Source of the DNA: Terriglobia bacterium | GTDB taxonomy: Bacteria; Acidobacteriota; Terriglobia; Bryobacterales; Bryobacteraceae | Direction of reading: 5' to 3' | Length of the DNA: 64,000 nt | NCBI GenBank assembly: GCA_010084195.1 | Contig: RGPS01000004.1 | Span: 12,000-75,999 of the forward strand | Shown: piece by piece, positions 53,615 to 61,718 of the stretch | Position numbering within the stretch: position 1 is the first letter of the stretch | How the letters are laid out: the number at the start of each line of letters is the position of its first letter | Made by a program: the position numbers and the translations under genes | The notes under the pieces: generated by a model | What the model saw: the letters and a program-made list of their open reading frames with translations, nothing else | What the model was told of the DNA's origin: nothing | Database searches by the model: none

Positions 53615-54994
53615 ATGAAAAAGCACAAAGTTCGATTTCTTAAATTCGGGATCGTCGCTACTGTCGTTCCCATTCTGCTCTACGGCTACCCGTTCGGACC
53701 AGATCCCAGGCGTACCGGCGCTCCCGGTGACGCGGGAACCTGCCTCGGCTCGGGTTGCCACACCGGCACCCAGTTGAACTCCGGTGGTGGCAGCGTGAAG
53801 ATTACGGCCGAAGATGGCAGCGCCCTCACGACGTACGCGCCTGGCCTGAAGCAACGCATAAAAGTGCAGTTGACTGATGCAGCCAAGGGCAAGTTTGGGT
53901 TTGAATTCACCGCACGCCTGGCGAGTAACCTGTCCAATGGGCAGGCCGGCGACTTCTCAACGGTGGATGCCTTCACGCAAACCATTTGCGAGGACGGCAG
54001 CAGCAAAAACAATGGCGCTACCTGCCCCACCCGATTCCCCGTTCAGTTCATCCAGCACACCCAGGCAGGCTACCAGGCCTCGACCGCCGGAGGCTACACC
54101 TTCCAGTTCGACTGGACTCCTCCGGGCGCCGGAGCCGGTAACGTCACCCTCTATGTGGCCGGCCTTGGAGGACCCGCTGGTCCGGCAACTTCTTCCAACG
54201 CAAACGTCTACACCACCAACGTCAGCCTGACGCCGGCGGCGGTCGTGACCGGCCCCTCCATTAGTTCCGGAGGCATTGTGAACTCCGTCACCTTCGGCGC
54301 GGGTGTACCCGTCGCCCAAGGCAGCCTCGTCGCAATCTACGGAAGCAAGCTGGCCTCGTCGACCGCCTTCGCATCCAGTGTCCCCCTTTCCACTTCCCTG
54401 GCTGATACTTCCGTGACAATTGACGGTATTGCGGCCCCCCTCACCTATGTGTCGGATACGCAGATTAACGCTCAGATTCCGTGGGAGGCCCTTGGCGGGG
54501 GCACCGGTAGCGCCAATGTAATCGTGACAAGCAATGGCGTCAAGTCGGCTACCCAAACGGTTACTCTCGGCACCGCGAGCCCCGGCATCTATGACGCCAG
54601 TGGGCACGCCATCGCCATCAACGCACAGGATCCGGCCAGCGCCCGATACGGCACGATTTCGGCTCCTGCCGGCTCTATCCCTGGCCTCACAACCTTTCCC
54701 GCCAAGGTGGGTGATGTCCTGATTGTGTACGGCACGGGTCTTGGTAAGCTCGATTCCAATCCGGCTACAGGGGCAAATTCGCTGGACAAATTGCGGACGG
54801 TAGTTACGACTCCAGTAGTGCTGATCGGTGGTCAGCCTGCCAAGGTTGCCTTCGCAGGCCTCTCGCCCCAGTTTGTTGGCGTCTACCAGCTCAACCTCGT
54901 TGTCCCTCAAGTAGGCGCCGGAAGCGCTGTCCCGATCCAGATCCAGATCGGTGGCCAGACCAGTCCAGCCACCACCAACATCGCTGTCGAATAG
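53615..54994 (+). CDS. Secreted protein with TIGR03437-type (Solibacter-type) C-terminal domain and an N-terminal Cys/His-motif domain
   Basis: Has a signal peptide and an N-terminal GAPGDAGTCLGSGCHTG motif. The C-terminus has the TIGR03437-like end GGQPAKVAFAGLSPQFVGVYQLNLVVPQ. Confidence 0.65.
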   Translation: MKKHKVRFLKFGIVATVVPILLYGYPFGPDPRRTGAPGDAGTCLGSGCHTGTQLNSGGGSVKITAEDGSALTTYAPGLKQRIKVQLTDAAKGKFGFEFTARLASNLSNGQAGDFSTVDAFTQTICEDGSSKNNGATCPTRFPVQFIQHTQAGYQASTAGGYTFQFDWTPPGAGAGNVTLYVAGLGGPAGPATSSNANVYTTNVSLTPAAVVTGPSISSGGIVNSVTFGAGVPVAQGSLVAIYGSKLASSTAFASSVPLSTSLADTSVTIDGIAAPLTYVSDTQINAQIPWEALGGGTGSANVIVTSNGVKSATQTVTLGTASPGIYDASGHAIAINAQDPASARYGTISAPAGSIPGLTTFPAKVGDVLIVYGTGLGKLDSNPATGANSLDKLRTVVTTPVVLIGGQPAKVAFAGLSPQFVGVYQLNLVVPQVGAGSAVPIQIQIGGQTSPATTNIAVE

Positions 54995-55023
54995 GACGCC
55001 GCGACCTTCTGGTTGGCATTGAG

Positions 55024-55053
55024 AAAAAAGGGGGGGCTTCGGCCCCTTTTTTT
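55024..55053. terminator. Rho-independent (bidirectional-type) terminator
   Basis: Sequence aaaaaagggggggc-ttcg-gcccc-ttttttt, 30 nt after the 53615..54994 stop. Confidence 0.7.
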
Positions 55054-55166
55054 GTTGCCGGCCAGCCGATATATCACCCTCATCAAAAAGGTAATACCTC
55101 CTTTGGTTTCGAGAGAGGTATAGACACTTTTCCCGATCCGGCTGAAAATATAGCTGGGTGATATTT

Positions 55167-56000
55167 ATGCTTCGGGTGCGTCAACACGGACTGTTTCGGC
55201 TTGTTGTGGTCGTGAGCCTGATATTCCTCGCCCGGCTCTGCCCCACAGCCCTCGCTGCAGACTCCGCACCGTCCTACACGTTGCAGGGCCTGGTAAATGG
55301 GGCCACCCAGACCCCATCCGCCCTCGCCCCGAATACCATTGCCACTCTGTACGGAACCAATCTCGCCTTCTCGACCCATACAGTAACGGTCGGTGACCTG
55401 CGGGGCGGCCTCCTGCCCAATACTCTGGGCGGCGTCACCGTTTATGTTGGAGGGTTCGCGGCCAGCCTCTTCTATGTTTCTCCGACGCAAATCAATTTCC
55501 TCGTTCCGTATGAGCTCACCGCCGGCACCGTGAACGTGGCGGTGGCGCGGCAGGGCCTGGCGGGGCCAACTCTCCGGGTGCAATTGAACGCCACTTCCCC
55601 GGGCCTCTTTCAGTGGAAGGGGAACTATGCCATTGCCTCGCATCTTTCCGGCAGTCTTGTGGGGCCCGACGCCCCGGCCAAAGCGGGGGAGATTGTCGTT
55701 ATATACGCGGTCGGGCTGGGCCGTACCAACCCCGACACCAATTCGGGGCGCGTCGTTTCGGCGGCCGCGTCCATCGTCGCCCTCCCGCAGTTGCTGGTAA
55801 CCATCGCCGGGAATCCGGTGGCGGCGAAAGACATCCTCTACGCCGGTCTCGCCCCCGGGTTTGCCGGCCTATACCAGATCAACCTGCGGATGCCGCAGCT
55901 GCTACCGCCCGATCCGGAAATCCGGATCTCGGTGGCCGCCCAGGCCAGTGCACCCCGGATCCGGCTGGCAGCGCTTCCCACGGTACTTGCGGTCGATTAG
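55167..56000 (+). CDS. Secreted TIGR03437-family protein (paralog of the C-terminal part of the preceding gene)
   Basis: Has a signal peptide (MLRVRQHGLFRLVVVVSLIFLARLCPTALA). Contains the repeat-family motifs TLYGTNLA...VYVGGFAASLFYVSPTQINFLVPYEL and ILYAGLAPGFAGLYQINLRMP. I prefer ATG 55167 to the track's GTG 55158. Confidence 0.65.
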   Translation: MLRVRQHGLFRLVVVVSLIFLARLCPTALAADSAPSYTLQGLVNGATQTPSALAPNTIATLYGTNLAFSTHTVTVGDLRGGLLPNTLGGVTVYVGGFAASLFYVSPTQINFLVPYELTAGTVNVAVARQGLAGPTLRVQLNATSPGLFQWKGNYAIASHLSGSLVGPDAPAKAGEIVVIYAVGLGRTNPDTNSGRVVSAAASIVALPQLLVTIAGNPVAAKDILYAGLAPGFAGLYQINLRMPQLLPPDPEIRISVAAQASAPRIRLAALPTVLAVD

Positions 56001-56068
56001 CTGCTGCGAAAAAACTTTCGCAACGAATCACCGCCCGGAACGGTCCTACAATGAGGGAAGGGTGATCA

Positions 56069-56839
56069 ATGTACAAAACTATCTGCGGTATCGCGATTCT
56101 GGTTGCCATGGGCTCCGCCAGGGCGCAGGAGTCTACGCCCCCGGCCCCTGTTGCCTCCGCTCCTGTCCCGTATACAGTTGAAGCAGGAACTCGAATTGCC
56201 CTTGGTCTGATCAATAGCGTCAGTACGAAACACTCTGCCGTGGGCGAAAAAGTTTATCTGGAGACGGTCTTCCCGATCGTGGTGCGAAACCACATTGTGA
56301 TCCCACCCGGCAGCCATGTCACCGGCACGGTGACCCTGGTGAAGCGCCCTGGGCGAGTGAAGGGCAAGGGCGAATTATACGTTCGTTTCGATTCGATCAT
56401 TCTGCCGAATGGCATCACCCGCGACTTTCGCTCTCGCCTCGGCGGCATCGACGCACGGGGTAGTGAACATCTGGATTCGAAGGAAGGCGTGGTGCGGGGC
56501 GATTCGAACAAAGGTGGCGACGTGAAGACCGTCGCGACCGGCGGTCTGGGAGGTGCGTCTCTGGGGGGCTTGATTACCCGGGGCGGCATGGGCGCCGGCA
56601 TAGGCGGTGCCGCCGGAGCGGCTGCCGGTCTTGCCGGTGTGTTGCTCACCCGTGGTCCGGATGCCGTTTTGGCCAAGGGCAGCACTGTGGAGATGATTCT
56701 CGATCGGCCACTGAGTTTTGAGGCCGACGAAGTGACCTTCGGAGGCATCCCCACCGGGGGCCGCTATTCCGACGGCCCCGGCCCCAACCAGACAAACAAC
56801 GGCAACGTGACACTCCCGGTTCGCCGAATTCCCTTCTAA
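56069..56839 (+). CDS. Secreted hypothetical protein with TrbI/VirB10-like beta segment and glycine-zipper region
   Basis: Has a signal peptide. AGTRIALGLINSVSTKHSAVGEKVYLETVFPIVVRNHIVIPPGSHVTGTV resembles the TrbI/VirB10 C-domain pattern. The Gly-rich GGLGGASLGGLITRGGMGAGIGGAAGAAAGLAG follows. The family assignment is tentative. Confidence 0.45.
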   Translation: MYKTICGIAILVAMGSARAQESTPPAPVASAPVPYTVEAGTRIALGLINSVSTKHSAVGEKVYLETVFPIVVRNHIVIPPGSHVTGTVTLVKRPGRVKGKGELYVRFDSIILPNGITRDFRSRLGGIDARGSEHLDSKEGVVRGDSNKGGDVKTVATGGLGGASLGGLITRGGMGAGIGGAAGAAAGLAGVLLTRGPDAVLAKGSTVEMILDRPLSFEADEVTFGGIPTGGRYSDGPGPNQTNNGNVTLPVRRIPF

Positions 56840-56862
56840 CGGGCTTCCACTCAAACCAGCCG

Positions 56863-57576
56863 CTACTCGCCCCGGACCACCAGAATTGGGACATTCAGGG
56901 CGTGTCGCACGGGGTTGATGGTGTTTCCAAAGATCAGGTCCTTCAGACCGCCGTGGCCGTGCGCCCCCATCACCAGCAGGTCGGGCTCAATCTCACGGGC
57001 ATATCGAACGATCTCTTTGCGCGGATTTGAGCCGTGACGGATAACGGTTTCGACGCTCAGCTCCAGCGCTCCCAGTGACTTTACCAGCAGGTCCAGATAT
57101 TCCTTTCCGGCTTCCACCTCGGCGGTAGAGGCGTCGGGGCCATAAATCTGACTGGTCACGCCTTCCTCCACGTGCAAAAGAAAGACTCGCGCTCCGTGCT
57201 GGGCGGCGAGCGCGGCGGCGTGGCTCAGCGCCAGGCGGTCCAGGGGGGAATGGTCCAGCGGCACCAGGATCCTTTGATAGCTGGGGGCTGCGACGAGGTG
57301 AGGCACGGCGCTCTCCAGGCCAAGTGTTGGCAGCGTGCTGGCCGGCCCGGGTGTCGCGCCCGAATGCAGGGGCTGAAACGTGACCCAGGCAAGCAGAGTC
57401 AGCAGCGCCCCGCACAGCAGAATGGACACAGTCCAGACGACCGGAGCCATGCTGCCTGAGCTTGAGGCCCACTGGGTAATGGTCTGCAGGGCCAGCCACA
57501 GGTTCAGCCCCACCACCACGGCTGCGGTAACCCAGCCAGCGAGGCGGAGCTTCCAGCCGTTTGCAAACGGCCCCAT
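56863..57576 (-). CDS. C-terminal piece of an MntH-USP fusion: last Nramp TM helices plus a universal stress protein (UspA) domain
   Basis: MGPFANGWKLRLAGWVTAAVVVGLNLWL matches the Nramp C-terminal pattern. YQRILVPLDHSP...LLVMGAHGHGGLKDLIFGNTINPVRHALNVPILVV is a UspA domain. It is separated from the mntH body by a frame break. Confidence 0.7.
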   Translation of the reverse strand: MGPFANGWKLRLAGWVTAAVVVGLNLWLALQTITQWASSSGSMAPVVWTVSILLCGALLTLLAWVTFQPLHSGATPGPASTLPTLGLESAVPHLVAAPSYQRILVPLDHSPLDRLALSHAAALAAQHGARVFLLHVEEGVTSQIYGPDASTAEVEAGKEYLDLLVKSLGALELSVETVIRHGSNPRKEIVRYAREIEPDLLVMGAHGHGGLKDLIFGNTINPVRHALNVPILVVRGE

Positions 57577-57586
57577 TTTGGAGCGG

Positions 57587-58723
57587 TTACTCGTAAAGTG
57601 GATTCAGGACAACCTGGCTGAGGACCAGCAGGCGGAAAGTTCCGTTGTTGCCGGAAAGCCAAATGACCACGGCGGCCGGCACGATTGCCAGCAGGCGTGT
57701 TACCAGGCGGCGAAGCCAGGGCTGGATACGGATATTGAGAAAACCCTCCATCACAATTTGCCCGGCCAGCGTTCCGGTGAGCGTGGAGGACTGACCCGCA
57801 CAAAACAGCGCCACGCCGAACAGCTTGGCTGCCACCACGGTGCCTAATAACGGCGTCAACAGGAGGTATGCCTGCTGGATCTCCGTCACCGGCTGATGGG
57901 CCCGGAAGAACACAGCGGCAGCCAGCACCAGGATAGCTCCGTTCACGAAAAGGGCACCATTCAGGGCCACCACGCAGTCGATGAAATTCCACCGGCAGGC
58001 GGTAGCCTTTTCCGCCTCGCTCCGCCCAATCTGACGGGTTTGCACCAGGGCGGAGTGGAGATACAGGTTGTGCGGCATGACAGTGGCACCCAACATGCCC
58101 ACCGCCGTATACAGGCTCCGGCTATCTATGTGTGGCACCAGACCGAGGACGATGCCGTGCAGGTCCGGTTTGGCCATGTACAGTTCCACAGCGAAACAGC
58201 ACGCAATCACCCCGATGAGGCCCAGAATAAAAGCCTCCAGCCGACGGATACCCAGTTTTTGCAGCCACAGCACCAGCAGGGTGTCCAGGGAAGTTATCGC
58301 CACGCCCGCCAGCAACGGAATGTTGAACAGGAGATTGAGGGCAATGGCAGCCCCCAGAACTTCGGCAAGATCGCACGCGACGATGGCGATTTCGCAGAGG
58401 AACCAAAGCGCAGTGCTCACGCCGCGGGGATACGTCTCCCGGCATGCCTGCGCCAGGTCGCGACCAGTAACGATCCCGAGCCTGGCGCTCAGGGTCTGCA
58501 GCAGGACCGCCATCGCATTCGACATGACGAGGACCCAAAGCAGGCTGTAGCCGAAATTGGCTCCGCCGTCCAGATCCGTGGCCCAGTTGCCCGGGTCCAT
58601 GTATCCCACGGAAACCAGGTAAGCCGGGCCGGCAAACGCCATCCCGCGCTTCCATTTGGAAAGGTAGTTTGTCGGGACCGACTCGTGAACTTCGGACAGG
58701 GATTTGGTGTTCGACCGGCTCAC
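57587..58723 (-). CDS. mntH: Nramp-family divalent metal (Mn2+/Fe2+) transporter MntH, truncated at about TM10-11
   Basis: Contains the GPAYLVSVGYMDPGNWATDL and TVMPHNLYLHSALV signatures. GTG start overlaps the mntR stop (GTGA). It ends ...LVLSQVVLNPLYE*, where homologs continue for about 12 aa into ..FTS...MG. Confidence 0.85.
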   Translation of the reverse strand: MSRSNTKSLSEVHESVPTNYLSKWKRGMAFAGPAYLVSVGYMDPGNWATDLDGGANFGYSLLWVLVMSNAMAVLLQTLSARLGIVTGRDLAQACRETYPRGVSTALWFLCEIAIVACDLAEVLGAAIALNLLFNIPLLAGVAITSLDTLLVLWLQKLGIRRLEAFILGLIGVIACCFAVELYMAKPDLHGIVLGLVPHIDSRSLYTAVGMLGATVMPHNLYLHSALVQTRQIGRSEAEKATACRWNFIDCVVALNGALFVNGAILVLAAAVFFRAHQPVTEIQQAYLLLTPLLGTVVAAKLFGVALFCAGQSSTLTGTLAGQIVMEGFLNIRIQPWLRRLVTRLLAIVPAAVVIWLSGNNGTFRLLVLSQVVLNPLYE

Positions 58724-59406
58724 AACAACTCTCCAATCAGCACACCTGCAGCTATTTGAGGGGTCAGCCGGACCGCGGCCTCACCGCCGATCCTGACCAG
58801 CAAAGAACCAGCCCGGGAGCCAGGCTCGATCAGGACACGAGCACCTGGCAGCAGCCCCAGACGCTTCATCTCCCGCAGCGCCGCAGGATCACGGTCCGAC
58901 ACGCTGCTCACTACGCCGGGAACATCACAGGGCCAACGCGGAAGTTCCACTTCCTTCCGCTCCGCCATCACGCCGTTCTTGGCCGGGATGGCGTGGCCAT
59001 GAGGGTCAACCCCGGGGTTGCCCAACCGTGCCGCGATGCGATCTTCCAGCCGCTCCGAGATATAGTGCTCCAGCCTCTCGGCCTCCTCATGCACTTCATC
59101 CCACGAGTAGTCGAGGACGTCATGCAGAAACCGCTCCAGAAGGCGGTGGTGGCGAATCACTTCGAGCGCGCGGCTCCGGCCCGCAGGGCTCAGCCGGACA
59201 CCCCGGTGCTTTTCGTACTGAACAAAAGGGATCTCCAGCCCGGCCAGCTTCTGCAGCATACCCGTCACGGACGCCGCCCGGATGCCGAGGTGGGCCGCGA
59301 GGGCATTGCTGGTGACGCGGTCATCAGCCTGCCCCGAGAGCTCAAGAATGGCTTTCAGGTAATCGTCGACGGCTTCGGTAGGGGCGGCGGAGTGAAATTT
59401 AGTCAT
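58720..59406 (-). CDS. mntR: DtxR/MntR-family metal-dependent transcriptional regulator with C-terminal FeoA/SH3-like domain
   Basis: Contains DDYLKAILELSG...SNALAAHLGIRAASVTGMLQKL (wHTH), HHRLLERFL and DEVHEEAERLEH (metal-site helices), then a C-terminal FeoA-like segment. Confidence 0.85.
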   Translation of the reverse strand: MTKFHSAAPTEAVDDYLKAILELSGQADDRVTSNALAAHLGIRAASVTGMLQKLAGLEIPFVQYEKHRGVRLSPAGRSRALEVIRHHRLLERFLHDVLDYSWDEVHEEAERLEHYISERLEDRIAARLGNPGVDPHGHAIPAKNGVMAERKEVELPRWPCDVPGVVSSVSDRDPAALREMKRLGLLPGARVLIEPGSRAGSLLVRIGGEAAVRLTPQIAAGVLIGELL

Positions 59407-59418
59407 GCCTAAATTTCA
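59393..59418. promoter_or_regulatory. Perfect 10-bp inverted repeat (tgaaatttag-N6-ctaaatttca) spanning the mntR start codon; candidate MntR operator
   Basis: Read directly. It is AT-rich and palindromic in a roughly 60% GC context, and the 6-nt spacer tcatgc contains the mntR ATG (59406..59404). Confidence 0.5.
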
Positions 59419-59462
59419 AGTCTACACCATCCCGGGCCCTCGTCAACCGATAGAATGGCGTT

Positions 59463-60806
59463 TTGGGAGTCCCACGGCTGGCAATCACAAGACGGGCATT
59501 ACTGCTTTCCGCTCTCGGCGGTTCGCTCCGGATCGCGAACGGCCAGACGCCGGCACAATCCAGTCCGATGGCCTTGTTTACTGGCTTTGTCTCAGACCGG
59601 TTGCGGCGCAATATCTCGCAATGGCTCAAGACTTTTGACATTCATCGTCACGTCGGCCTCATCGAAATCGGCCAGGGTTCCGGAGCGGGTTTGCTTGCCG
59701 GGCGCTGGCTGGAAGCAGCAGTTCGCGCGACCGAGTGGGACGGTGACCCGTTCCTCCGTCAGCGAGCCTCGGGAATGCTGGACCGTATTTTAGGGGCCCA
59801 ACGCTCCGGGCCGGGCGCTCCGTTTCCGTGGATGACAAGGCCGGAAAATCAGGCCATGGCCGGTGCTCTGGAAGCCGCAGCGGACTTATGGCAGAACGGT
59901 CCGGCAGAAGCCCTGCTGGCACGTCTGGCCCCGCCAACGGAAGCCTCCGGGCGCTTCGGTCTGGATGCTGCAACCGCTATCCGGACAACGAACGTGGAGC
60001 GCCTCGAAACCTTGCTTCCGGACCTGAAACTGGCCCTCGAACGAACCGGCGACGGCATCTGGGGTGATGCGCTCGAATCGCTGCTCTGGAATCAGGTTTT
60101 TGCCTGCCAGAGCTTTGAAGGGGATGCGTTCTATGCTGCGACACCTCTACACGGTGTGCCCTCTGCAGCCGGGGCGCGTGAGGGGGTAACTGGTGCCCTG
60201 ATGCTGACCCGAATCCCATGGATGTTTTACTCAAGCGGCCATGACTCCGTCCAGGTTCTGCAGTACGGCGCCTCCGAGGTCAGGGTTGAAATCGGGGGAC
60301 ATCAGAGTGTGGAACTGGCCCAGCTGACGTCCTTCCCCGACGGGGAGGAAGTCTCGCTGGAGGTTCGTTCCGGAGGAGGCGAATTCAATCTGCAAATGCG
60401 AATCCCCCGCTGGTGCCAGACTCCGTCCCTCCGCCTGGTCTCTCCGGGAGAGGCCCACAACCCAGTCGTCGTCAGACCCGAAAAGGGCTTCTTCAGCCTC
60501 CGCAGAAAATGGCAGCGTGGCGACAAGGTGATGCTGCGGTTTCCCACGGCCCCCACCTGGAGCCAGGACCAGGCAGGCTCCTTCGAGTTGCGTCGAGGTC
60601 CGCTACTTTACTGCTTTCGGACGCCTGGAGTGCCCCGCCTGCTGCGCCCGACGCTGCGCCCGATGGGCACTCCCACCGGATATCCGGGCCCCGTCTATGA
60701 GGTCCGTGTGCGGCTTGCATCAGGGCAGGAAGCAACCGTTCTGGCTGAACCCTTCGCCTGCGCGGGTTGGGGAGGCGCATATCAAACGGCGCTGCCTGCG
60801 GAGTGA
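59463..60806 (+). CDS. DUF1680/GH127-like protein (short form) with Tat-like signal
   Basis: TTG start with ITRRALLLSALGG. The C-terminal part (FNLQMRIPRWCQ...GFFSLRRKWQRGDKVMLRFP) resembles the GH127/DUF1680 C-terminus. Tentative. Confidence 0.45.
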   Translation: MGVPRLAITRRALLLSALGGSLRIANGQTPAQSSPMALFTGFVSDRLRRNISQWLKTFDIHRHVGLIEIGQGSGAGLLAGRWLEAAVRATEWDGDPFLRQRASGMLDRILGAQRSGPGAPFPWMTRPENQAMAGALEAAADLWQNGPAEALLARLAPPTEASGRFGLDAATAIRTTNVERLETLLPDLKLALERTGDGIWGDALESLLWNQVFACQSFEGDAFYAATPLHGVPSAAGAREGVTGALMLTRIPWMFYSSGHDSVQVLQYGASEVRVEIGGHQSVELAQLTSFPDGEEVSLEVRSGGGEFNLQMRIPRWCQTPSLRLVSPGEAHNPVVVRPEKGFFSLRRKWQRGDKVMLRFPTAPTWSQDQAGSFELRRGPLLYCFRTPGVPRLLRPTLRPMGTPTGYPGPVYEVRVRLASGQEATVLAEPFACAGWGGAYQTALPAE

Positions 60807-60836
60807 CTATACTGTGTTTACGCACCCAGGGCACCG

Positions 60837-61718
60837 ATGATTCACCACTACCTGCGACAGATCTACCGCTTCATCTATCCTCTGATCTATGCGCGCAGCC
60901 AGTTCAAGCTCTTTCTGAAGGCTTCGTTGCAGGACATCCGCCTGCGAACGCTCGCTCTCGCATCAGCCACGGACTACTTCTCGGGTTTCGTCCGCCCTGT
61001 CCCCATCACCGCGCCGTTCGGGCAATCCATGCTCGTGCTGGCACCCCATCAGGACGACGAGGCGATCGGCTGTGGCGGGGCGCTTGCCCTCCAGGTACGT
61101 GCCGGTTGTGATGCCGCCATCCTCATGTTGACCGACGGTGCGGAGGGCTGCGAAGACCTCGGCCTCACGCCTCAGGCGGCCACCGAAATTCGCAACAACG
61201 AGTCCATAAAAGCAGCGGCGGTTATCGGGATGGAGCCTCCGGTTTTCCTTGGCCATAAATCGCTCGAAGCCGGTTTCTCCAGGGCGGTGGAGCAAATTCG
61301 GAATGAGATCGTCCGCCGGACTGCCGACGCCATATTCGTCCCCTTTGTGCTGGATGGGCACCCCGATCACCGCACGACGAACTACCTTCTCGCAGAAGCT
61401 CTGGCCGGCCTCCAAAGGCCCATCCGAATTCTCCAGTACGAAGTCTGGGGCCTTTGTATCCCCAATGTCGTTCTGGTGATCGACGATGTGATGGAGGCCA
61501 AAGTGGACATGCTGAACTGCTTCGCGCTGGCGAATTCGGCGCTCGACTATACCCACAGCACCAAAGGTCTGAACATGTTCCATTCGAGGATGCTCGGCGC
61601 CGGGGTCTGCCGCTATGCCGAAAGGTACTTCGAACTTCCCGCTTCCGAGTACATCGAACTGGTAAGAAAGGTCCGGCAGGACGCCGCAGCGGCGCGTCTG
61701 AACCCGGGTTCGCTGTGA
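60837..61718 (+). CDS. PIG-L/LmbE-family N-acetylglucosaminyl deacetylase
   Basis: Contains the VLAPHQDDEAIGCGGALA and HPDHRTT motifs. Confidence 0.8.
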   Translation: MIHHYLRQIYRFIYPLIYARSQFKLFLKASLQDIRLRTLALASATDYFSGFVRPVPITAPFGQSMLVLAPHQDDEAIGCGGALALQVRAGCDAAILMLTDGAEGCEDLGLTPQAATEIRNNESIKAAAVIGMEPPVFLGHKSLEAGFSRAVEQIRNEIVRRTADAIFVPFVLDGHPDHRTTNYLLAEALAGLQRPIRILQYEVWGLCIPNVVLVIDDVMEAKVDMLNCFALANSALDYTHSTKGLNMFHSRMLGAGVCRYAERYFELPASEYIELVRKVRQDAAAARLNPGSL

